Assembly: GCA_963717145.1 (NCBI GenBank)
Contig: OY970325.1
Span: forward strand, 3,840,001-3,904,000
Direction: 5' to 3'
Length of the DNA stretch: 64,000 nt
DNA from: an uncultured Armatimonadetes bacterium
GTDB taxonomy: Bacteria; Armatimonadota; UBA5829; DTJY01
The notes below the pieces were generated by a model, which saw nothing but the letters and a program-made list of their open reading frames with translations, did no database searches and was not told where the DNA came from. Position 1 is the first letter of the stretch, and the number at the start of each line of letters is the position of its first letter. Made by a program: the position numbers and the translations under genes. Below, piece by piece: positions 1-10,204 of this stretch.

Positions 1-120
1 ATTTTAGTCGAACCTTTGATGAGAGTCAATCAAAATGGGCGAAAACTGGTAGAAATACCAGGGGGCAGGAGTCGAGGGGCAAGAGGCGCGGAATGAGTGT
101 GCTGCTGAAAAGAGAATCGG

Positions 121-390
121 AGAACACAGAGATACAGAAGCTATGGAAACACGGAAATCTATCTGTCAGGAAGCCGGGAACGCAGGAAAACAAAGCACTT
201 CTGCTCTCCTCCTGGATTCCTGACTTCCTGGTTTCCTGAAGAGACTCAGAGAAACACAGAAACAGAAACTATGGAAACACGGAACTCTATCCATCAGGAA
301 GCCAGGAGGACAAAGCTCTTCCGCTCTTTTCCTGGATTCCTAACTTCCTAGTCTCCTGATGAGAGCCTTTTCCGTGCTTCCGTGTTCCTG
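121..390. repeat. Two diverged tandem ~125-bp palindromic units built from short CAGGAA/TTCCTG and ACACAGA/TCCGTG repeats
   Basis: CTATGGAAACACGGAA...TCAGGAAGCC...TCCTGGATTCCT..CTTCCT occurs twice (~124-245 and ~254-365). Confidence 0.75.
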
Positions 391-394
391 CCGA

Positions 395-1288
395 TCAGTC
401 GAAGACTTCGATCTTGACCGTCTTCGAGACCGGCTTCTTGATGCCGAAGACATCCGAAACGGTAACCGTGACGGTGTGTACACCGGACTTCGGGTACTTG
501 TGGTAGACGACCTCGCCGATCGCGTCCTCCTGGATGCCGTCGGTCGAATCGAAATCCCAGGCGTACCTCAGGGCCGCGGCGCCGCCGTCGCTGTGCGGTC
601 GGAACATCACGTCATCGTTCGCAGCCACGAACTGATCGAGGCCCGGATCGATGATGATCGGCTTCGTGTCGGTGACGATATGGATCTGGCCAACGTAGAA
701 CGGCTCCGAGCCGTCGCCGGAGATCACCAGCCGCTTGATCTTGTACTCGGCCCGCTCCTGCTTGCCCTTGAACGCCGCGAGCGGGAACGAGATGGCGGTC
801 CATCCGTCATCGCCGACCTTGAGCCCGGTCACATCCACCTGACATTCGATCGCCGGTCCGCCGTCGAGTTTCATCACGAGCCTGACACGGCTTACCGGGG
901 TGCCGGCCGGGGCGCTGGTCGCGCTCGGATCGTAGTAATCGGACAGGAGAGGATCGATCTCGTTGGCGTCATCCAACTGCATTTTGGCCATGAGCTGGAT
1001 ATAGGCGTTCGGATTCTTGAAGTGCTTCGTGAGGTCTACCGCCGAGGCGAAATCGAGCCTGCCGCCTTCGTAGAGGCTCCGCGCGATGATCTTCAGCGAG
1101 TGTGTTCCGCTGTAGCCGCTCTTCGCGACATCCTCGCACCGACCGCTGCCCCAGCTTCCTACGGCTATGCTCGATCCATCGATCGGCTGGCCCTTGTACA
1201 GGACCTGGTCCTGTGCCATTCCGGCTGCCGAGGCTGCGATAAGCAGGCATGCGGCGATCAACAATGCATGAGTGTACGTTGTCTTCAC
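395..1288 (-). CDS. Secreted protein with C-terminal PKD/Ig-like domain
   Basis: N-terminal signal peptide; C-terminal YAWDFD...HKYPKSGVHTVTVTVSD PKD-like motif. Confidence 0.75.
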   Translation of the reverse strand: MKTTYTHALLIAACLLIAASAAGMAQDQVLYKGQPIDGSSIAVGSWGSGRCEDVAKSGYSGTHSLKIIARSLYEGGRLDFASAVDLTKHFKNPNAYIQLMAKMQLDDANEIDPLLSDYYDPSATSAPAGTPVSRVRLVMKLDGGPAIECQVDVTGLKVGDDGWTAISFPLAAFKGKQERAEYKIKRLVISGDGSEPFYVGQIHIVTDTKPIIIDPGLDQFVAANDDVMFRPHSDGGAAALRYAWDFDSTDGIQEDAIGEVVYHKYPKSGVHTVTVTVSDVFGIKKPVSKTVKIEVFD

Positions 1289-1301
1289 TTGCGCGTCTCC
1301 A

Positions 1302-2112
1302 TTAGTGCTGCAGGCCGACGTCGGTCGGCTGGTGATTCACCCGTAATCGGCGGATGCCCGAGGCTCGGCCGGTGGATGGATCGGCCTCCACCAGGACCGC
1401 ATCAAGTACGACCGGTCCATCGGCCACTTCGAATTTGCACGGCATCTGCGACAGGAATTTCTGGATTATCAGTTCCTTCTTTACGCCCAGGACCGAGTTT
1501 TCCGGCCCCGTCATGCCCGCATCGGTGATGCAGGCAGTGCCTCCGGGCAGGATCCTTTCATCGGCGGTCTGCACGTGAGTGTGAGTACCGATGACCGCGG
1601 TCACCCTTCCGTCGAGGTACCAGGCCATCGGCGCCCTTTTCGGAGGTCACCTCGCCATGGAAATCGACCAGGATCACCGAAGCCTGCTCGGAGAGTTCCT
1701 TCAGCACCCGGTCGGCCGTCCTGAACGGGTCATCGAGTTGTTCGTTCATAAACACGCGGCCGCAGAGATTGACGACGCCGACTCTGCGTCCGGCCGAGTC
1801 CTTATAGATCGCCCATCCGCGTCCAGGGCATCCCGGCGGATAGTTCGCCGGCCTGACGATCCGTGGCTCTTCGTCGAGGAACCCGTATACTTCCTTCTTG
1901 GCGAACACGTGATTGCCAAGAGTGATCGCATCTACCCCTGAATCGAACAGATCCGTCGCGGTGTCCTTCGTGACTCCCAGACCGCCGGCGGAGTTCTCTC
2001 CGTTGGCGATCGTTATGTCAGGCGACAGGTCCTTTTTCAGGCCGGGCAGCAACGCCCGCACGGCTTCCCTGCCCGGTTTGCCGACGACATCACCGATGAA
2101 CAATATTCTCAA
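1302..2112 (-). CDS. ymdB: YmdB/TIGR00282-type metallophosphoesterase, split by one frameshift near 1630
   Basis: MRILFIGDVVGKPGR, NGENSAGG, TLGNH and DFHGE in 1558..2112; GTHTHVQTADE in 1302..1628; lies directly downstream of rny. Confidence 0.9.
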
Positions 2113-2164
2113 GTAGCGGTCTCCGCTCTATTAGACGGAATCGGAGGGCGTCAGGTTTCATCAG

Positions 2165-2232
2165 TGTAGTGGCCGTGCCTCAGTGCCGGCCTCTCCGAGG
2201 CTGCTGGCCGGCACTGAGGCACGGCCACTACA
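2165..2232. repeat. GTAG-type REP doublet (27-bp inverted arms)
   Basis: TGTAGTGGCCGTGCCTCAGTGCCGGCC...GGCCGGCACTGAGGCACGGCCACTACA; the same arms recur at 11590..11654. Confidence 0.85.
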
Positions 2233-2243
2233 TGATGATGATT

Positions 2244-3780
2244 CTATTTCGCGTACTCCACGGCACGGGTCTCCCGGATGACGGTGACCTTGATCTGGCC
2301 GGGGTACTCCATCTCTTCCTGGATCTTCTTGGCCGTATCCCGGGCCAATTTCGCCGCGCCGTCGTCATTCAACTCGGTCGGCTTGACCATGACGCGGATC
2401 TCCCGACCGGCCTGGACTGCGAACGCCTTGTCGACGCCGGCGAACGAATCGGCGATCGTCTCCAGCCGCTGGAGGCGCTTGACGTATGTCTCGAGCGTCT
2501 CACGTCGCGCGCCGGGCCGCGATGCGGACACGGCATCGGCGACCGATACGAGGATCGCTTCGACGGTGCTCGGCTCCTCGTCATTGTGGTGAGCGCCCAC
2601 CGCATGGATCACTTCGGCGTGCTCGCGGAACTTCCGGCACAGGTCCGCGCTGATCACGGCATGCGGCCCTTCCACCTCGAAGTCGACAGCCTTCCCGAGG
2701 TCGTGCAGCAGACCGGCGCGCTTCGCCAATGCGACGTTCACGCCGAGTTCGGAGGCCATCACCCCCGCAAGGTGCGCTACCTCGATCGAGTGATCGAGCA
2801 CATTCTGGCCGTAGCTCGTCCGGAACCGAAGCTTGCCGAGCAGCTTGACCATTTCCGGATCGAGGGACGTGACCCCCGTCTCGAAGATCGCGCGCTCCCC
2901 GGACTCGCGGACCTTCACTTCGACCTCAGCGGTCGACTTGTTGATCATCTCCTCGATGCGTCCGGGATGGATCCGCCCGTCGGAGATGAGGTTGCTGAGG
3001 GCAATCCGGGCGATCTCGCGCCGGATCGGGTCGAAGGCCGAAAGCACGACGGCTTCCGGGGTGTCGTCGATGATCAGATCGACGCCGGTCAGAGTCTCGA
3101 AGGCACGGATATTCCGTCCCTCGCGACCGATGATCCGGCCCTTCATCTCGTCGTTGGGCAGAGGGACGACCGAGACCGTCGTCTCCGAAGTCTGGTCGAC
3201 GGCACAGCGTTGAACCGCCAGGGTCACGATGTCCCGGGCGCGCTTGTCTCGCCTCTTCCTTCGCCTGGGCCTCGATGTCGCGGATCAGTCTGGCGGCATC
3301 GTGCCTTGTCTCATCTTCGATAATCTTGAGGAGCAGGGTCTTGGCATCATCGGCGGTCAGGCCGGAGATGCGCTGCAGTTCCGTGCGCTGCTTTGCCACT
3401 ACCCCGTCAAGTTCTTCTCTCAGTTTGCTTGATTCGTACTCTTTGGTTGCGAGAGCCTTCTCTTTCTGGTCGAGACCATCGAGTCTCCGATCGAGTTGCT
3501 CTTCCTTCTGCGTCAGTCTTCGCTCTAACCTCTGAATGTCGGCTCTTTTTTCACGATTCTCGCCCTCGACTTCGGCCCTGAGTCTGTGGGCCTCGTCCTT
3601 GGCTTCTAAAAGAACCTCTCTACGTTTGGTTTCGATTTCTTTCTGTATGTCATCTCGAAGTCTGGCGGCAGCGTCCTGCATTTCGCCCGCTTTTCTTCTT
3701 GCGGGGAGGACGATGCCGATGAACCCGAGCACTACGATAGCGACGGATGCCGCTAGAATGACGATATCCAGTACTGACAT
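2244..3780 (-). CDS. rny: Ribonuclease Y, split by one frameshift near 3250
   Basis: N-terminal TM segment and coiled coil (2926..3780); KH motif [14 protein letters not shown] and HD motif LLHDLGK (2244..3227). Confidence 0.93.
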
Positions 3781-3942
3781 ATATTACCTCACCCCCTGGT
3801 TTAATGGGATTGAGGTCGAGCGAGATTGGGACGCTCGGCAGGGCTCCGACGCCATGCCGGGTCGTGCGTGTTGCTGTTGAGTCGTATCCTCTCGAAAAAC
3901 CACCTTGCACAATAAGCCGGTCAACACCCGACGCGAAGGTAT

Positions 3943-4602
3943 TCAGCCTTCGTCACTATTATCTGCTTCATTGGCCAGTTTCTCCATAGCCTCGGAGATC
4001 AACTGCCATTCGAAGCCCTGCCTCTGCAGGTAAGATGCCACTCTGCGCCGCTTTGATCGGAGATCGGGATCTTTGTCCTTCTCCCAGCGCCGTCTGGCAG
4101 CATCTGCCGCTAATATACGCTCTTCGTCGGGATCGACGGACGATAGAGCTTCCTCTATTACTTCGGATGCTACGCCTCGCTGCCGCAGTTCCCACCTGAC
4201 TCGCGCCTTCCCGAGTCCTTTTTCCGAGACCCTGGAGTTCACCCAACTCTGGGAGAACTGCGCGTCATCTATGAACCCGGCATTCTCGAGGCCCAACAGT
4301 GTTTCTTCGACTATATCCTCGTCATAACCCGCTCGTTTCAGCCGCCGCGACAGTTCCTCCCGGCTGCGCGATCGGTATGAGAGCAGGCCCAGCGCCCTCT
4401 CCTTTGCCTTTGCCAGGATCTCGGCGCGGACGACCGCGTTTAGTTCGTCTTCGCTGAACTGCTGGCCGATCTTCAGCCCCAGACCAACGACGACATCTTC
4501 ATTCACGCCGACGACGAACTTGCCGTCCACGAATATCGAACGGCGGTCCTGCCTGCGTTCCTGAACCTCTATTGCTGTTATTCGATGCTGATTGCCGATC
4601 AA
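3943..4602 (-). CDS. recX: Regulatory protein RecX
   Basis: ALGLLSYRSRSREEL, GFIDDAQF and YLQRQGF motifs; immediately downstream of recA. Confidence 0.9.
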   Translation of the reverse strand: MIGNQHRITAIEVQERRQDRRSIFVDGKFVVGVNEDVVVGLGLKIGQQFSEDELNAVVRAEILAKAKERALGLLSYRSRSREELSRRLKRAGYDEDIVEETLLGLENAGFIDDAQFSQSWVNSRVSEKGLGKARVRWELRQRGVASEVIEEALSSVDPDEERILAADAARRRWEKDKDPDLRSKRRRVASYLQRQGFEWQLISEAMEKLANEADNSDEG

Positions 4603-4626
4603 CCTTCTACCGGTTTCCCGCGCAAC

Positions 4627-5661
4627 CTACTCCTCGGGCGCGCCAATGGGCGCCACGAGCGCGTCGACGTCATCCTTTGAGCGGACCTTGGCCTCGATCT
4701 CCTCCATCAACTCGGGATGCTCCTCGAGGTGCTGCTTGGCATTCTCACGTCCCTGACCGAGTCGGTTGTCCCCGTAGGTGAACCAGGTTCCGGTCTTCTC
4801 GACGAATCCGAGTTCGGTCGCGATGTCGAGTATCCCGCCGGACCGCGAGATGCCCTTGCCGAACATGATGTCGAATTCCGCCTGACGGAATGGCGGCGCG
4901 ACCTTGTTCTTCACGACCTTGACGCGCACGCGGTTGCCGACCATCTCGTTGCCCTGCTTGAGGGTCTCGATCCGCCGGATCTCGAGCCGGACGGACGCCC
5001 AGAACTTGAGCGCGCGCCCGCCGGGGGTCGTCTCGGGGTTGCCGAACATCACGCCGATCTTCTCGCGGATCTGGTTGATGAAGATCGCCGCCGTTCTCGA
5101 TTTGCTGGTCGAGCCGCCGATCTTTCTCATCGCCTGAGACATCAGACGCGCCTGCAGGCCCACGTGCGAATCGCCCATTTCGCCTTCGATCTCCGACTTC
5201 GGGACGAGCGCCGCGACCGAATCGAGCACCACGACATCGACCGCGCCGCTGCGGATGAGGGCATCGATGATCTCCAGCGCCTCCTCGCCGGTATCCGGCT
5301 GAGAGATGAGGAGCGAATCGACGTCGACGCCGAGGTTTCTCGCATACACGGCGTCCACGGCGTGCTCGGCGTCTATGAAGGCGGCGGTCCCGCCCTGCTT
5401 CTGCGCCTCGGCGATGATGTGATAGGCAAGAGTGGTCTTGCCGGAGGATTCCTGGCCGTATATCTCGGTGATCCTGCCCCTGGGCACGCCGCCGACGCCG
5501 AGCGCGATGTCGAGCGCCAGGGATCCCGTCGGGATTACATCGACGTTGAGCTTGGTAGCTTCTCCCAGGCGCATCACCGAGCCTTTGCCGAACTGCTTCT
5601 CTATGCGGCCGAGGGCGAGTTCCAGGGCCTGCTGTTTCTCCTTGCCGTTCCCTTTATCCAA
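4627..5661 (-). CDS. recA: Recombinase RecA (likely TTG start at 5661)
   Basis: [27 protein letters not shown] and GGRALKF motifs. Confidence 0.98.
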   Translation of the reverse strand: MDKGNGKEKQQALELALGRIEKQFGKGSVMRLGEATKLNVDVIPTGSLALDIALGVGGVPRGRITEIYGQESSGKTTLAYHIIAEAQKQGGTAAFIDAEHAVDAVYARNLGVDVDSLLISQPDTGEEALEIIDALIRSGAVDVVVLDSVAALVPKSEIEGEMGDSHVGLQARLMSQAMRKIGGSTSKSRTAAIFINQIREKIGVMFGNPETTPGGRALKFWASVRLEIRRIETLKQGNEMVGNRVRVKVVKNKVAPPFRQAEFDIMFGKGISRSGGILDIATELGFVEKTGTWFTYGDNRLGQGRENAKQHLEEHPELMEEIEAKVRSKDDVDALVAPIGAPEE

Positions 5662-5679
5662 CCCTTCTCTCCTCTCTAT

Positions 5680-5935
5680 GTTCAACGTTGAACGTTCGAT
5701 GTTCGATGTTCGATGTTTACCTGTTCGGGATGGAGTTGTACTCCTACGTGATGTTCGGGATGGAGTTGTACTCCATCCCGCCGAACTAATGGTGGAGTTC
5801 AACTCCACGAGCGTCCCCGGGTCGGGAGTACAACTCCCGACCCAACAAATGGATCCCCGATCCAACACATGGATCCCCGACCCAACAGGTTCGATGTTCA
5901 GCGTTCGATCCCAAATCCCAAATCCGCAATCGCCG
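5680..5935. repeat. Cluster of GTTCGAT heptamers and GGAGTTG(T/C)ACTCC palindromic repeats between thpR and recA
   Basis: GTTCGAT x3, TGTTCGGGATGGAGTTGTACTCC x2, GGGTCGGGAGTACAACTCCCGACCC, ATGGATCCCCGA x2. Confidence 0.8.
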
Positions 5936-6470
5936 AATACTCCGGCCCGCTGCGGAGGAGTTCGCTCTTCATGACCGAGACTCCGTCTATCTGAGCCGAG
6001 CCCGCCTGTTCGTCCCTCATGCTCTCGATGCAGTCTCGGAGCTTCTCAGTCCCGCGAGGATTCCTCACCCGCCCGAGCGTCACGTGCCCACTGAACGGCC
6101 GGTCCTCTTTCGAGAAACCGAGCACTTCCATCGCATCCTCGATCCGGCCCGCGAGCGACTTCATCTCGTCCGCCCCGGATGGGGTTCCGACCCAGACCAC
6201 CCTCGGGCTCGAGGGCCTCGGGAACGCCCCGACTCCCCCGAACGTGAGGTCGAAGGCTTTCACCCCGGCGACTGCGCACTCGACGGCCTCACACACGGGC
6301 GCTATCCGGTCCTGTTCCACCGGCCCCAGGAACTTGAGCGTGATGTGGAAGTTCTCTTCCGGCACCCACTTGACGTCCGCGCCGCACTGCATCAGGCGCG
6401 TCTCGATCAGCATCAGCCGCCGCCGGACTTCCGCGGGCAGCCTCACAGCGATGAATGTGCGAACCATCAT
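5898..6470 (-). CDS. thpR: RNA 2',3'-cyclic phosphodiesterase (2H family)
   Basis: RTFIAV start; two HxT motifs ([16 protein letters not shown]); lies between cinA and recA. Confidence 0.9.
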   Translation of the reverse strand: MMVRTFIAVRLPAEVRRRLMLIETRLMQCGADVKWVPEENFHITLKFLGPVEQDRIAPVCEAVECAVAGVKAFDLTFGGVGAFPRPSSPRVVWVGTPSGADEMKSLAGRIEDAMEVLGFSKEDRPFSGHVTLGRVRNPRGTEKLRDCIESMRDEQAGSAQIDGVSVMKSELLRSGPEYSAIADLGFGIER

Positions 6471-6475
6471 AGCAG

Positions 6476-6547
6476 AATGGTTGATGGCTGATGGTTGATG
6501 GTTAATGGGCAGACCGGCCCCCATTAACCATCAGCCATTCCCCATTA
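6476..6547. repeat. Inverted array of ATGGTTG/ATGGCTG heptamers overlapping the cinA stop
   Basis: ATGGTTGATGGCTGATGGTTGATGGTTAATGGG...CCCATTAACCATCAGCCATT. Confidence 0.75.
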
Positions 6548-7781
6548 GCCATCTCCTTAGCATATTGAGCGCGGTCTGAGATGCGCGCATGCGAATATCT
6601 TCACGGCTTCCACCGTACATGTTCTTCGTAACCTGGATGCCCGACGGCGTCTTCAGGGCGATGTACACCAGGCCGATCGGTCTTTCGGCTGTCCCTCCGT
6701 CGGGACCCGCGATCCCCGTGATCCCGAGAGCGATGTCCGTGCCGATGTTCCGAGCCGCACCCTCGGCCATCGCCTCAGCCGTCTCTGGACTGACCGCTCC
6801 GTGCGCCCGGAGAGTCTCCTCCGGGACGCCAAGGAACTTCATCTTGGCGTCGTTCGAATACGCTACGATCCCGCCGACGAACGTCTCCGAGCTGCCCGGA
6901 ACGTTCGTGATCCGATTCGCCACGAGTCCGCCGGTACACGATTCGGCCAGTCCGAGCGTCAACTTCCGCTCGATGAGCATCCGGACGACGACGTATTCGA
7001 GCGTCTCGTCGTCCGCGCCGTAGACGAAATTCCCGAGGCGCTCGCGGACCTTCGATTCGAGCCCGGCGATCAGGTGCTCGGCTTCATCCGCATCAGATGC
7101 CTTGGCGGTCACCCGGAAGTGTACCTCGCCGCCCTTCGCATACGGCGCGAGGCTCGGATTCCCGCTCGCCAGGAGGTCCTTGACCCTCTGCTCGGCGGCC
7201 GATTCGCCGATTCCGCAGACGCGCAGGACCCTCGACTTGATGACCGATCGTCCGGAAATGGAAGCGGCTCGTTCGCTGAGGATCGGAGTGACGTACCGGT
7301 CGACCATCGGGATAAACTCTCCGGGCGGGCCGGGAAGCGCCATGACGACCTTCCCGTCCTTCTCGAAGAGCGCGCCCGGGGCGGTCCCAACGTCGTTCGG
7401 CAGAACCTCACCACGATTCGGCCTGAGCGCCTGCTTCAGGTTGCTCTCGGCGATCGGCAGGCCTCTTCGCTCGAAGAAGCCTCGGATCTTGGCCTCGGAC
7501 TCCGGGTCCATGACCATCTCGTCGCCGAGCGCATCCGCGATCGTTTCCTTGGTGAGATCGTCCTCAGTCGGACCGAGCCCGCCGATGGTGATCACGACAT
7601 CCGATCTGGACAGCGCGGTTCTCAGAGTATCTGCGAGCCGAGCGGCGTTGTCGCCCACGGTGGAGCGGTAGTATATGTCAATCCCGATGGAGGAGAGCAC
7701 CTGGCTCAGATATGCGGCGTTCGTATCCACGATCTGGCCCAGGAGAAGCTCTGTTCCCACGGAGATGATCTCAGCGCGCAC
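6531..7781 (-). CDS. cinA: Competence/damage-inducible protein A (MoCF-like domain plus PncC domain)
   Basis: AEIISVGTELLLGQIVDTN, GGLGPTEDDLT and AESCTGG motifs; GGAGG upstream of the GTG. Confidence 0.95.
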   Translation of the reverse strand: MRAEIISVGTELLLGQIVDTNAAYLSQVLSSIGIDIYYRSTVGDNAARLADTLRTALSRSDVVITIGGLGPTEDDLTKETIADALGDEMVMDPESEAKIRGFFERRGLPIAESNLKQALRPNRGEVLPNDVGTAPGALFEKDGKVVMALPGPPGEFIPMVDRYVTPILSERAASISGRSVIKSRVLRVCGIGESAAEQRVKDLLASGNPSLAPYAKGGEVHFRVTAKASDADEAEHLIAGLESKVRERLGNFVYGADDETLEYVVVRMLIERKLTLGLAESCTGGLVANRITNVPGSSETFVGGIVAYSNDAKMKFLGVPEETLRAHGAVSPETAEAMAEGAARNIGTDIALGITGIAGPDGGTAERPIGLVYIALKTPSGIQVTKNMYGGSREDIRMRASQTALNMLRRWLMGNG

Positions 7782-7809
7782 GCGTGTTCCTCCACGTTTC
7801 CTGCCGCCA

Positions 7810-7838
7810 TTATACTTTACGTGTGTCGTAAATTCAAG
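7810..7838 (-). promoter_or_regulatory. Sigma70-type promoter of the cinA-thpR-recA operon
   Basis: TTGAAT-17 bp-TATAAT on the minus strand. Confidence 0.7.
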
Positions 7839-8398
7839 GGGCATTTTGAGCGGACGGCGCTTGGCCGCCTTATACCTTCCCGTCTTCCTCGCATTGGTAC
7901 TGGATCCGCATCAGAACTGGCTGCTCAACAGTCGATGCTGCAAGGACGCCACGATAACGGGTACACCCCTGTTTTCCACATTTCGGATAAGCAGAGCAAG
8001 CAGGGGTTCCTACTATCGATGTTCCTGCCGACAATCGTATTGATGATAAGGTTTAGTTGGCGGTGTGCTGGTTATAATGAACATGGTTGATACGAGATGG
8101 CTCTCACTATAGACCTATGAGAAGCATAATGCTTGCTCTACTAGCGATTGTGCGACGATTACCCCGGCGCTCATGGGAACAAAACCGTGGTGTGGAGTCA
8201 GTGGTCTGTGGTGCAGCCAGTGAACGCCAAAAACAGGTATGAATGCTCGGTTGATTCCTTACCTCATCATGGCACAAGCACGGTGTATAGGGAGGCCAGC
8301 ACAATTACCAGGCTTCCCAGAAAGGATGGCACAAAATGATTATTGTGCTTTGCTATGCTAGACGCCGAACAATCGGCCAATCAGAAGAGGAGAGGACA

Positions 8399-8698
8399 TT
8401 GCAGAGACGCCTCGAAGAGGGAGGCGCTGTTGTGGTGACAACAGCGCCCGCTGGCCGGTTCACGCTGAGAAAGAGAACAGACAAGCTCGGTTATCAGCGT
8501 GGCCGGAACTGCAGTTATCCTTGTACGTATTGTCGGCACTTGCCGGCCGCCTCTGCAGCGCAATCCGCCTCTGGAAGACATTCGGTCACCGACATGGTGT
8601 GGAGTATCGTTCGGCTGGCAGCCAAGCCGCTCGCCGTGCTTCTCTCATCCGAGGAAGCCCGACATTGGATCAGTTCGCTGAAAGAACTGATCTTCTAG
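8399..8698 (+). CDS. Small hypothetical protein (possible TTG start) with a CSYPCTYC motif
   Basis: GAGGAGAGGA precedes the TTG; followed by a hairpin at 8712..8757; no recognisable family. Confidence 0.4.
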   Translation: MQRRLEEGGAVVVTTAPAGRFTLRKRTDKLGYQRGRNCSYPCTYCRHLPAASAAQSASGRHSVTDMVWSIVRLAAKPLAVLLSSEEARHWISSLKELIF

Positions 8699-8711
8699 TC
8701 ACACCGAATAT

Positions 8712-8940
8712 CGCGGGTGGGAGAGCAAATGAGAAACACTGTGCTCTCCCGCCCGCCCGGGCTTCCGCCTATCCGAGGCTCTCAGGCTGAAGTCCGGGAC
8801 AGATCGTGCCTCGTGTCGCCAGTTAATCGGTTATACCCGAATAATCTATCGGGTATACCCGATTAATTCCCCCGGAGACGTTCAGCCTGCGGTCCACAGT
8901 CTCGCGTCTCCCCTTCAGTCGTGAGGGAATCGCTCCGACA
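8712..8940. ncRNA. Candidate structured non-coding RNA, family not identified
   Basis: Several nested and mutually exclusive complementary segments, with no credible ORF. Confidence 0.4.
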
Positions 8941-8979
8941 ATGTAAGTACAAATACCATATCTCACGCAGGAGCACGGA

Positions 8980-10041
8980 ATGCCGCAACTCAGGAAAGAC
9001 CCCGTCACCCGCGAATGGGTGATCATCGCCACCGAACGAAGCAAGAGGCCGTCGGATTTCAACGTCCCGGAGGATTCCCTTACGAAGCCGGCATTCCTGG
9101 ATACGTGCGTCTTCTGCACCGGGAACGAGTCCAAGACACCGCCCGAGGTGCTCGCATTCCGGAGCGTCCCGAATACGCCGAACGCGCCCGGCTGGTGGGT
9201 CCGCGTCGTCTCGAACAAGTTCCCCGCGCTCCAGATCGAGGGCGACCTCGACCGGGGCGGCTACGGCATGTACGACTTCATGAACGGGGTCGGCGCGCAC
9301 GAGGTGATCATCGAGACTCCCGAGCACAACAAGTGCATGGCGTCGATCGGCCCGCGTCAGGCCGAGGAAGTCTGGTGGGCATGCCGCCAGCGGATGATCG
9401 ACCTCAGCCGAGACCCCAGGTTCAAGTACATCCTGGTCTTCCGCAATCACGGCAAGGTCGCCGGAGCATCGCTCGAGCACCCGCACTCCCAACTCATCGC
9501 GCTCCCGATGGTCCCGATGCAGGTCCAGCAGGAGATTGTTGGCGCTGATAAGTATTATGAAGCCCATGACCGCTGCATCTACTGCGACATGATCCGCCAG
9601 GAACTCAACTTCGGCCAGCGCGTCATCATGGAGACGAACGAGTTCATCGCGTTCTCGCCGTTCGCACCGAAGTACCCGTTCCAGACGTGCGTGATGCCGA
9701 AGAAGCACATGAAGTCGTTCGTCGAGTCCGAGGAGCAGATCCCGGAGTTCGTTCACGTCCTCCAGGGCGTGCTGAAGCGGATCGGGAAGACACTCAAGCA
9801 CCCGCCATACAACTACACGCTCCACACCGCGCCGTGCGACTCGGAGAAGGACCACGTCTTCCACTGGCATCTGGAGATCATGCCGCGCCTGACCATCGCG
9901 GCGGGCTTCGAGATGGGGACCGGCATCTACATCAACGTCACGTCCCCCGAGGACGCCGCGATGCACCTCCGCGACGCCGGCGAGGACCTCGCAGATGACG
10001 ACCCCGTCACCGAGGAGAAGCTCGAAGTCCCGAGCCGCTGA
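8980..10041 (+). CDS. galT: Galactose-1-phosphate uridylyltransferase family protein
   Basis: MPQLRKDPVTREWVIIATERSKRP, GAHEVIIETPEH and GASLEHPHSQ (HxHxQ) motifs. Confidence 0.92.
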   Translation: MPQLRKDPVTREWVIIATERSKRPSDFNVPEDSLTKPAFLDTCVFCTGNESKTPPEVLAFRSVPNTPNAPGWWVRVVSNKFPALQIEGDLDRGGYGMYDFMNGVGAHEVIIETPEHNKCMASIGPRQAEEVWWACRQRMIDLSRDPRFKYILVFRNHGKVAGASLEHPHSQLIALPMVPMQVQQEIVGADKYYEAHDRCIYCDMIRQELNFGQRVIMETNEFIAFSPFAPKYPFQTCVMPKKHMKSFVESEEQIPEFVHVLQGVLKRIGKTLKHPPYNYTLHTAPCDSEKDHVFHWHLEIMPRLTIAAGFEMGTGIYINVTSPEDAAMHLRDAGEDLADDDPVTEEKLEVPSR

Positions 10042-10204
10042 TCGCAGTCACCGGAAGCATCACCACAAACGACGTTCGGGCCGCAAACGACGGTTGGGCC
10101 GGAGTTGCACTCCGGCCACGCAACTCCCGGCCTCGCAGCTTCCCATATTCCCGCTTCATCACTATAATGGCGACAGGTCACCACACCGAGGCAGGTATCC
10201 AGTA

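Noticed and set aside
3781-3942. 6S RNA or structured leader upstream of rny
   Set aside because: Only short hairpins are visible and no long rod structure is evident; it cannot be supported without a covariance search.
5662-5868. Long N-terminal extension of RecA in the ORF track
   Set aside because: It translates intergenic repeats; a purine-rich RBS precedes the TTG at 5661.
8770-8805. CTCTCAGG as part of a glycine riboswitch
   Set aside because: The other conserved aptamer elements (e.g. GCCGAAG) are not present in the right order.
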